A stretch of 18,977 bases of DNA, taken from assembly GCA_049647275.1 (NCBI GenBank), contig JBARXI010000674.1:1-18977 (forward strand), given 5' to 3'. Origin of the DNA: Microcoleaceae cyanobacterium (GTDB lineage: Bacteria; Cyanobacteriota; Cyanobacteriia; Cyanobacteriales; Microcoleaceae). Shown here in pieces: positions 9,181 through 16,484 of this stretch. Under the pieces are notes generated by a model. The model was not told the origin of the DNA. It was given only the letters and a program-made list of their open reading frames with translations, and ran no database searches. The translations under genes and the position numbers were made by a program. Position 1 is the stretch's first letter, and each line of letters starts with the position of its first letter.

Positions 9181-9289
9181 TACTGGTCTGTCAAGATAGT
9201 TTTGAGGGTTAGCTAATCCCAAAAAGCATTAGCCCAAAATCACGCGCCTGCAAAAATCTATCCATCATTTTAAATTTGACAGACTATTA
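9181..9289 (-). mobile_element. MITE family A, copy 2 (inverted relative to copy 1), 57 bp upstream of the fabD ATG
   Basis: TIRs are tactggtctgtcaa / ttgacagactatta. The interior is the reverse complement of copy 1 with scattered substitutions. Confidence 0.8.
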
Positions 9290-9599
9290 GATTTACAGTA
9301 AACAACTAATGATTTTTACAAGCTACCTCTTGAAAATGAAAAGGGTCGGTCGAGCAACAATACCAACTGGAAAAAAGTTTGCTACAAATTGGTAGGATGC
9401 ACCGAGTCAGAATGTAGAATGCTTGGTCTGGTGTTATTTCTTTTTCTTTAGACCTATATATATTATTTATTTTTTGTCTATTGACAGCTATTGAGCGTTT
9501 CAATGTGACAAAAATCAATATTAATTTAGGCAGGACATTCTACCCCGCATTTTTAAAAAATATTCACAGGGAAGTCTAAAAATAACTCCTATTATTTGT

Positions 9600-9733
9600 C
9601 AGGGTCATTTCATTCTAGATTTTAGCAATGAATTTACTTACTTTCAGATAGGGAAAGATAAATTGTCTAAAGCTCGAAATAACCTCTTTTCGTAAATACA
9701 TAACATGACACAGTTTAGAATGAAATAGCCCTG
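9600..9733 (-). mobile_element. MITE family B, copy 2 (inverted relative to copy 1)
   Basis: It starts cagggtcatttcattctaga and ends tttagaatgaaatagccctg. Its reverse complement aligns by eye with 7046-7181. Confidence 0.75.
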
Positions 9734-9919
9734 ATTATTTGTAGCATTGTTTGATTAAATTGGTATAAGCAGGTACACAAAATTAATTAAACATTTAGCA
9801 AAACGGAATTCTTTATGCTTTAAACATTACATAGAATAAAACGTTTTTCCAGAGTAGTTGTGGCAAATTAATAGTAAAGATCGGGCGACAGGCAAGAGAC
9901 AACAGGAAACAGTTTTTGA

Positions 9920-10290
9920 TTATTTCAATTGATTAACAAGAGAAATAATCATTCTGCTTTCTTCTTTTCGTTCATCTATGATTAATTCCACGTCATTAAA
10001 CGTACAAAACGTACATAACTTTATTTTTGTTGATAGAATGAAGATGTGTCTCTAATTCATTTACACCAAGCCCGAGCAATATTTAAAAATTGAGCATAAT
10101 CTCCCGCGGATATTCTGGCATCACCCTCGGCAATATTTGCGGGAAGAGAAACCGAAGCTCTTGTTATTTGTTGAATCATGCCATAAGTCTCTCCTTTTGG
10201 AAACTTTTTAGTTAGGGAATAATACTTTAAAGCAATTATCATTCCTTTTTCCCACATTTTTAAATCTTTAAAGTCTCTAATTTCATACAT
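9920..10290 (-). pseudogene. Four-helix-bundle protein (23S rRNA intervening-sequence protein / Avd-like family), disrupted by frameshifts
   Basis: The 77-aa ORF (10057-10290), FKDLKMWEKG...LTKKFPKGETYGMIQQITRASVSLPANIAEGDAR...FLNIARA, matches the family N-terminal half and then stops. The expected continuation (VNELETHLHSINKNK, then DVELIIDERKEESRMIISLVNQLK*) is readable in the other two frames down to a stop at 9920-9922. One extra nucleotide near 10060 explains the first shift. Confidence 0.6.
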
Positions 10291-10481
10291 TATTTATTCT
10301 TAGATCAAAATAGTCTGTTGCCTGTTGCCTTCTGGATATGTTGCCTCTTTTCGCTAAAAATTTATCATACTCAAAGCAAAATATCCAAATAAAACTAGGT
10401 AAATAATTTATTTTGTTTGGGTGCTTATCCTAAAATATTGAAGACTATCAAAAATTGTATTACTTTTGACGTTCAAACTCA

Positions 10482-11474
10482 TTAAACACCCCACTCAAAA
10501 ATTGCAGATCCCCAAGTTAAGCCAGCTCCAAAACCAGAAGCTGCAATAATATCTCCCGGTTTAACTTTACCTTCTCTGACTGCTTCATTTAAAGCTAAAG
10601 GTATGGAAGCTGCAGAAGTATTGCCATAATTACCAAGATTACTGATGACTTTTTCTGGGGGAATTTTTAGTCGATCAGCAACAGCATCAATAATTCTTTG
10701 ATTGGCTTGATGGAGTAACAACCAGTCAATTTTTTCCACACCGATATTAGCTCGGAATAAAGCTTTTTCTATAACTTCTGGTACTTTTTTCACAGCAAAG
10801 CGATAGACTTCTTTCCCATTCATCCTAATAGGTTGATAACTACCTTGACTAACAGTTACTCCCTCTATTATTTGTTTTGGTTGAGGTTGGTAAGAAAGAT
10901 TTAAACAACCATTTTGACTACCATCATTACGAAGTTCAAATCCCAGGAGACCGTCACGCTCCGAAGCTTGTAAAATTATTGCACCTGCCCCATCTCCAAA
11001 TAAAACACAGGTGCGTCGGTCTCCCCAGTCTACCCACCTGGACAAAATATCCGCCCCAATAACTAAGATATTGTGATAAACTCCAGTCCGGATAAACTGT
11101 GCCCCTGTGACTAGACCAAATATAAAACCAGAACAAGCTGCCGTTAGATCGAAGGCCACTGCCTTAAAAGCTCCTAACTCTCCTTGAATTTGACTGGCAG
11201 TACCAAATAAATCATCTGGAGTAGATGTCGCGAGAATTATTAGATCGATATCTGCGGGAGTAATATTTGCTTGGGCGATCGCTGCGAGAGATGCTTGAGT
11301 TGCGAGGTTGCATAATGATTCTGCCGTATTTGCCAGTCGTCGGTGATGAATCCCGGTGCGAGAACTTATCCATTCGTCTGAAGTCTCTACTATTTTAGAT
11401 AATCTGTGATTATCCAGAGAAACTTTTGGTGTAGCGGAGCCACTGCCTGTAATGGCAATACCAATATTTGTCAT
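10482..11474 (-). CDS. fabH: Beta-ketoacyl-ACP synthase III FabH
   Basis: 330 aa with active-site AACSGF, HQANQRI and GNTSAASIP motifs and a GFGAGLTWG C-terminus. These are canonical for FabH. Confidence 0.93.
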   Translation of the reverse strand: MTNIGIAITGSGSATPKVSLDNHRLSKIVETSDEWISSRTGIHHRRLANTAESLCNLATQASLAAIAQANITPADIDLIILATSTPDDLFGTASQIQGELGAFKAVAFDLTAACSGFIFGLVTGAQFIRTGVYHNILVIGADILSRWVDWGDRRTCVLFGDGAGAIILQASERDGLLGFELRNDGSQNGCLNLSYQPQPKQIIEGVTVSQGSYQPIRMNGKEVYRFAVKKVPEVIEKALFRANIGVEKIDWLLLHQANQRIIDAVADRLKIPPEKVISNLGNYGNTSAASIPLALNEAVREGKVKPGDIIAASGFGAGLTWGSAIFEWGV

Positions 11475-11550
11475 GTCAGTTTTAGCTTATCTGTTTTCTA
11501 CTACTTTCGACATAGTTGCCATCCACGAAACAAAAATGGGAGAATGGGAG

Positions 11551-11602
11551 CTGCGATGTTTTAACTCGCAGAGGAAATTCGACTCAGCTTGTTTTAACAA
11601 GC
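11551..11602. repeat. Two adjacent hairpins whose loops share the core TGTTTTAAC, between the iscB stop and the fabH start
   Basis: ctgcga-tgttttaac-tcgcag (11551-11571) and gcttg-ttttaa-caagc (11587-11602). They may be right-end structures of the IscB element or a weak terminator. Confidence 0.5.
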
Positions 11603-11613
11603 GTGAATCTTAT

Positions 11614-13089
11614 TTAGGAACTTAGTTGTTCACCATCTGTTCCTTTAAATTTGCGAGTGCGTTTAGATTTAGTCTTATGTAGGGGCGAATGGCCATTCGC
11701 CCCTACAACAGAAAACTCAGTAGTATCAAAAAGGTTAAGTTGAGTAGGAGTTATTAATTGATTAGTTGATTGTTTTACTACTTTGACTTTCTGCTTGACT
11801 AATTCACCAAAACTGTAGCTAAAACCATCAGACTTATGGATATGACGACAATATTTATGGTTAACATCAAAGGTTTGAGTTGATGTTTTGAGTTTAAAGC
11901 TTCCAGTTCTTCTAGTAGCAATTCTGCCAGTATGAGTGCCTGCATATTTGCCTTGAGGAATATCAGCTTTAACAATATCGCCAGTCATAAAACTATAGAA
12001 TGATTTTTGTCTGAGTTTTGGCTGGCCACGAGGAAACCCATATTTATCTGAATTGACCATTTGTCTGCTTCCATGCCCCATAGCTTTAATTAACAAAGGC
12101 TGATCACCTTGAACGTTCAAACTATCAGGAGTAGAAGTTCCGACACAAGCTGCATCTGTCCAATGAGATTTACTAATACCTAAGCGTTTTCGGTTATATT
12201 TGGTTAAACCACCAGAGCCTAATTCGACAGGCAAACCACTAGATTCTAATACTTCCTTAAGCTTCCAACGAGTGGCATTTACCGCAGCAGCATTAGCTAA
12301 TGGTTGTTTCCTCTGTTTGTCTATTAATGCTAATAATTTAGGTCGATCGGACAAAAAGTCTTCAGGTAATTGATGATCCTTTTTCTGGTTACAAGGTACA
12401 CAACTTAAAACTAAGTTAGAAACTCTGTTGCTACCACCTTTAGATTTTGGATGAAAGTGGTCAAGGTTAAATGGTACTTCTCTAGCTCCACAATAAACAC
12501 AAGTTCTGTTGAACTTTTCTAGAAGATACTGTCTAACTTCATAACCTGCTAGTTCGCCCTGCTGATATTCAGTGCCACTAATTTCTCGATTAACCATTTT
12601 CTGAGTATCAAAGCGGACTAATTCTTGACTAATAGCTGATACTGGAGCTAATCTACATAGTTTCTTAACCCAAGATTCTATGTTAAATACTCTGGACATT
12701 AAGCTAGGAGGCAACCAACCTTTAGGATGCTTACGATTGAGAAACCTTGGCTTACGATAACGAGTTTTGCGGTTTCTACGAGAACTTCTCAAAGTTCTAC
12801 GTTTAGTTAAAGCTTCCGAGATTTGAAAACCTCGATGTTCTAATTCTGCACACCAAACAATGTTAGTGTCTGATAACAAAGCTAATCCTGTGAAGCGACT
12901 TCCAGGGTCTAATTTTAGTCTTAATTCCTTTACTTCATTTGCTGATTCCTCCTTCAAAATAATGGTAAATGGATATCTACGAAACACTGCTGCATAGCCT
13001 AGCTTTAATAACTTTCTGGCTACAGCCGGATGTACTGGATTACATAGTTTTCTATTTGTATCCAGTACAAAGACGGAATTTTTATTCAT
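11614..13089 (-). CDS. iscB: IscB, OMEGA-system RNA-guided nuclease (PLMP-like N-domain, split RuvC, Arg-rich bridge helix, HNH)
   Basis: 491 aa. N-terminus SVFVLDTNRKLCNPVHPAVARKLLKLGYAAVFRRYPFTIIL. RuvC-I LKLDPGSRFTGLAL (D61, codon 12907-12909). Bridge helix RRTLRSSRRNRKTRYRKPRF. RuvC-II SQELVRFDTQ followed by EYQQGEL. HNH CVYCG..LDHFHPKSKGGSNRVSNLVLSCVPCNQKK (about 12379-12501). RuvC-III HWTDAACVG. Conserved SDGFSYSF lies near the C-terminus. No internal stops. Confidence 0.9.
   Translation of the reverse strand: MNKNSVFVLDTNRKLCNPVHPAVARKLLKLGYAAVFRRYPFTIILKEESANEVKELRLKLDPGSRFTGLALLSDTNIVWCAELEHRGFQISEALTKRRTLRSSRRNRKTRYRKPRFLNRKHPKGWLPPSLMSRVFNIESWVKKLCRLAPVSAISQELVRFDTQKMVNREISGTEYQQGELAGYEVRQYLLEKFNRTCVYCGAREVPFNLDHFHPKSKGGSNRVSNLVLSCVPCNQKKDHQLPEDFLSDRPKLLALIDKQRKQPLANAAAVNATRWKLKEVLESSGLPVELGSGGLTKYNRKRLGISKSHWTDAACVGTSTPDSLNVQGDQPLLIKAMGHGSRQMVNSDKYGFPRGQPKLRQKSFYSFMTGDIVKADIPQGKYAGTHTGRIATRRTGSFKLKTSTQTFDVNHKYCRHIHKSDGFSYSFGELVKQKVKVVKQSTNQLITPTQLNLFDTTEFSVVGANGHSPLHKTKSKRTRKFKGTDGEQLSS
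11678..11707. repeat. 30-bp perfect palindrome tgtaggggcgaatggccattcgcccctaca inside the 3' end of the iscB ORF
   Basis: Read directly; it is its own reverse complement. It is translated as VVGANGHSPLH in the ORF tail. Confidence 0.9.
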
Positions 13090-13345
13090 TGAAAAACTCC
13101 TATTGCTAGGGTAAAAGTCACATAAGCTATGTTATTAGTCGGTACTTTTCAAATAGCACTGTCTTACCCCTCGTAGGACCGTTTAACTATCTGATTCTAG
13201 AGCTTGAAACTTGTGAGGTATTTCAAGGTAGGACTTTTAACTCTTACTAATAACGTAGTCACTTAAGACTTAGCCTGGTTAGCATATCTAAATCAACGAT
13301 GCACGAAGCTCCGTCTCTTTAGAGCGGGGTGCTGACTAACTGTTG
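13090..13345 (-). ncRNA. Candidate omega RNA scaffold of the IscB element (boundaries approximate)
   Basis: In described IscB loci the omega RNA is encoded immediately 5' of iscB on the same strand and overlaps its start. Here a 279-bp ORF-free gap separates the plsX stop from the iscB ATG. It contains complementary 9-mers (13131-13139 gttattagt / 13246-13254 actaataac). It also contains a 7-bp stem (13203-13209 / 13221-13227) and a repeated GTAGGAC(N)TTTAACT motif (13173-13188, 13228-13242). No covariance model was run. Confidence 0.45.
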
Positions 13346-13368
13346 ACTCCTTTGGATCGGCTGCATAA

Positions 13369-14370
13369 TTAGAAATTAGAACTAATTCGTTCAAGCACTC
13401 TATTTTCAACCGCTTCTTTTGCCGAACGAACTGCATTATATATAGTCGCAGCTTGGGAAGAACCATGACTAATAATACAAACTCCTCCTACTCCCAAAAG
13501 TAATCCTCCCCCATGTTCAACATGGTCTATTCTTTGCTTCATTCGTTTTAAATTAGGTCGTAATATTGCAGTACCTATTTTGCCACTCAGCCCAGGTGTC
13601 AATTCTTCTTTCATCATTTGCAGCACAACATCACCCACTGCCTCAGCAAACTTTAACAAGATATTCCCGGCAAAACCGTCACAGACTATCACATCAAATT
13701 TACCCGAGAGAACATCACGACCTTCTGCATTGCCAATAAACCTAATTTGATTATTGTCTTGCAGCATTTGATAGGTACGCACTGCCAAATCATTTCCTTT
13801 AGATGGTTCCTCCCCAATATTCAACAGTCCCACTTTTGGCTCAGGTCTGCCCAAGACATATTCACTGTAAACTGTCCCCATAACTGCAAACTGCTCTAAA
13901 AATTTCGCACGGCAGTCTACATTTGCCCCAACATCAAGAATCAGGACTGGTTTTTTCGGAATCATCGTGGGTAAAACTGCCCCAATGGCTGGTCGATCTA
14001 TACCTCGTATTCGTCCCAAACGGAGCAAAGCTGAGGCCATAGCAGCTCCTGAGTGACCGGCAGAGACTACGGCATCGGCCTGTTTTTGTTTTACTAAGTC
14101 CATCGCAACGTTAATTGATGCTTTGGACTTGCGTCTAATTGCTGTCAGGGGTTCTTCGTGCATTTCTACCGTATCCTCGGCAGGAACTATTTCTGGTAGA
14201 GGTTGATTTGAATTTTGATGGATACAGGCTTTAATTTGCTGAGGGTCGCCGACTAATAATATTTTGACACCATAGGCTTCTTGTGCTTTTAGTGCTCCCT
14301 CAACAATTTGTGATGGGGCATGGTCCCCACCCATAGCGTCTATTGCGATTCGTGTAGGTATAGTTCCCAT
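13369..14370 (-). CDS. plsX: Phosphate acyltransferase PlsX
   Basis: 333 aa with the IAIDAMGGDHAP N-terminal motif, SAGHSGA and GHGSS-type motifs. Canonical PlsX. Confidence 0.93.
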   Translation of the reverse strand: MGTIPTRIAIDAMGGDHAPSQIVEGALKAQEAYGVKILLVGDPQQIKACIHQNSNQPLPEIVPAEDTVEMHEEPLTAIRRKSKASINVAMDLVKQKQADAVVSAGHSGAAMASALLRLGRIRGIDRPAIGAVLPTMIPKKPVLILDVGANVDCRAKFLEQFAVMGTVYSEYVLGRPEPKVGLLNIGEEPSKGNDLAVRTYQMLQDNNQIRFIGNAEGRDVLSGKFDVIVCDGFAGNILLKFAEAVGDVVLQMMKEELTPGLSGKIGTAILRPNLKRMKQRIDHVEHGGGLLLGVGGVCIISHGSSQAATIYNAVRSAKEAVENRVLERISSNF

Positions 14371-14658
14371 TGACCAAAGTTAAATAAACCTTCAAGATTT
14401 TAACAGTTTATTGATATTTGCTTACTTTTAATTTTTGACTGTTTAAAAATTGCTTTATAGCAAATTAAGTCATAGGTATAAAAGTAAAAAATATCATCCC
14501 AATCTAGACATTGGTTGAAATAAAGTATTTTCTTTTAACCTCTTGAATTTACATATTTCCGGGTGTTTTTTTTGATCCGAATTTGCTGACCAAGCCGTAC
14601 AGGTGGGAAGATATCTCTTGTTATTAAACTCGCTCCCTAATCAAACGCGATTCAGTAA

Positions 14659-15267
14659 CTATCTATTTAATTGATTAGCTGCCTCTTGTAATTTTTCTAC
14701 GATTTTTCGATTTTTAGGACTACGGCTGCCATAGAGTCTAGCACTAAAAATTTTGATTATTTCTAAAATATCTGTTGCTAAATCTTCTTCTTCTGTTGAC
14801 TCAGAAGCATGATTAATAATTACAATTTCTGTACCAAAAATCTCACAAATTGTAAATATTAGTTCGGAACCGAATCTTAATAAACGGTCTTTATTAGTTA
14901 ATACCAAACGTTCTACTTTTTCAGAGCAGATCATTTTAATTAACCTGACTAGCCCTCGTTTTCTGTAATTTATTCCTGAACCTAAATCCCGGATAATTTC
15001 TACTAACCAACCATGATTATTACAGTAGGCTTCTAATACCATTATTTGTCTTTCTAAATCAGCTTTTTGCTCGGAACTAGAGATACAGGCATAAGCAATG
15101 GTTTTACGCTCTCCAGACCTAAGTCCGAGAAGAGTAGCAACGTCATATCGGCGATGTCCATTCTTGGTTCTTTCGGATTGGAGCTTGCCTTCACGTTCCC
15201 ATCTTCTTAGGGTACTTTCTGCTACCCCAAGTAGTTCAGCAGCCCTTCCTATGGAAATTTTGCTCAT
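14659..15267 (-). CDS. tnpA: IS607-family serine recombinase transposase TnpA (MerR-type HTH plus resolvase catalytic domain)
   Basis: 202 aa with IGRAAELLGVAESTLRRWEREGKL..NGHRRY (MerR-like HTH), IAYACISSSEQKADLERQ (catalytic Ser region) and KDRLLRFG...FSARLYGSRS. It appears intact, but no tnpB follows it. Confidence 0.85.
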   Translation of the reverse strand: MSKISIGRAAELLGVAESTLRRWEREGKLQSERTKNGHRRYDVATLLGLRSGERKTIAYACISSSEQKADLERQIMVLEAYCNNHGWLVEIIRDLGSGINYRKRGLVRLIKMICSEKVERLVLTNKDRLLRFGSELIFTICEIFGTEIVIINHASESTEEEDLATDILEIIKIFSARLYGSRSPKNRKIVEKLQEAANQLNR

Positions 15268-15457
15268 TTTCAGAATTTAGCATATTCAATAAATAACTTT
15301 AGCAAACTATCCATACATTTTGATAACTGTTTAATAATTTTTTTCTGGAAATAAAAGTAACAAATAATACTTTAAATATGTCAGTATAAAATGAATATAT
15401 TTACAGCCACCACAAAGGTTCGGACAGTTTTGAAGAGTTGAAACGAAGGAGTAGAAG

Positions 15458-15550
15458 TAATTCCGCTTCAGGCTCCCGACCAGAATCTTCAGAAACATTC
15501 ACGGCTAGAAAATTTCCCATCATAAATTACCCCAAGTTGATGATTGACAA
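15458..15550. repeat. Direct repeat copy 1 (93 bp) of an unexplained non-coding element
   Basis: taattccgcttcaggctcccgaccagaatcttcagaaacattcacggctagaaaatttcccatcataaattaccccaagttgatgattgacaa recurs at 15647-15740 with about 5 differences, including a 1-nt indel. Weaker similarity extends about 30 bp upstream of both copies. Confidence 0.85.
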
Positions 15551-15646
15551 AGGTTTGATGCTTCACTATTGCGTATAGCAAAATAGTAATGAATATATTT
15601 TCTTTTTTTGATTCATAATTAGACCAGCTGTTTGAGTGAATCGAAA

Positions 15647-15740
15647 TAATTCCGCTTCAGACTCCCGACTCAGAATCTTCAGAAACATTCACCGCTAGAA
15701 AATCTCCCATCATAAATTACCCCAAGTTGATGATTGACAA
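15647..15740. repeat. Direct repeat copy 2 (94 bp), 189 bp downstream of copy 1
   Basis: See copy 1. The indel (cccgaccag vs cccgactcag) breaks any shared reading frame, which argues against a coding origin. Confidence 0.85.
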
Positions 15741-16356
15741 TAGTAAAAATAAGGTTGTTGTGAATTAGAAAATAGTCGAACTGGATGGGTTTCCAACTAT
15801 AAAACGCCGTAAAAATAAAATTGTCATAGCTAAATCTAAAACTAAGCTGATTTCTCATACCAATTCACTTAAATAATGTCAAATTTAAGTTAAATAATCA
15901 CCTAAAATTATTGTTAATTAAAGTTTTCAGTTTATATAATCTGACTTTTGACTTCCGTAAAAAGGTATAAGGAAGTTCTAACCGTCTTCAACAGATATCA
16001 GAAGTATACGCTGACAAATCCATTTGAGGAACTTACTAGTAAAATAATATCCATTGCACTGAACTACTGAACTTAAGAGAGCAGGAAGTAGTAAGTAGGA
16101 GGAGTCCAAGAATTGGCTAATTTATTTTTTGCTATTCCCTTAAGAGAAACATTACAAGACAATAGGAAGTGGATAAGGAAGCGCGTTATTGTTTAAATTT
16201 GGTATTGTATTACCAGCTTGGTATATAACTTTAACTTGACAATAACAATATTTGCCAAATGTTAAAACTACTGATATTAAGCCAACTGATAATAATAATA
16301 TTGGTATTGATTCTGGCGGACAAATATTTTGTTGCCTGTTCAGATAGAACAATGAT

Positions 16357-16484
16357 TATAACAATTCCCAAAAAGCGGGAGGTACAAGATGATAGTTTGT
16401 AGGAAACAGGAAAAAGGGAACAGGAAAAAAGGAATAGAGAATAAAAAAGACAACTGTACCTCAGGCTTCCTGAGAAACGCTATA
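16357..16484 (+). mobile_element. MITE family C, copy 2 (128 bp), inserted into the tnpB remnant
   Basis: tataacaattcccaaaaagcgggaggtaca ... tgtacctcaggcttcctgagaaacgctata. The interior is a degenerate heptamer array (ggaaacaggaaaaagggaacaggaaaaaaggaat). It has the same length and architecture as 6909-7036. Confidence 0.8.

Noticed and set aside
6183-9289. Composite transposon formed by the inverted MITE A copies carrying fabD
   Set aside because: fabD is a core gene in its expected operon position, no transposase lies within the segment, and the MITE B pair is not arranged as a mirror image. Independent insertions are more parsimonious.
9306-9518. 70-aa minus-strand ORF between MITE A copy 2 and MITE B copy 2
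   Set aside because: It has no recognisable domain, an atypical Cys-rich tail, and sits between two MITEs. I treat it as non-coding.
10877-11136. Two roughly 60-aa ORFs overlapping fabH
   Set aside because: They are off-frame or antisense to the canonical FabH CDS.
15098-15280. 60-aa plus-strand ORF antisense to IS607 tnpA
   Set aside because: It is an antisense artefact inside a well-supported transposase gene.
16152-16352. 66-aa minus-strand ORF
   Set aside because: The plus strand of the same region carries TnpB RuvC-I-like sequence (NIGIDSG). The minus-strand ORF is more likely chance openness in AT-rich pseudogene DNA.
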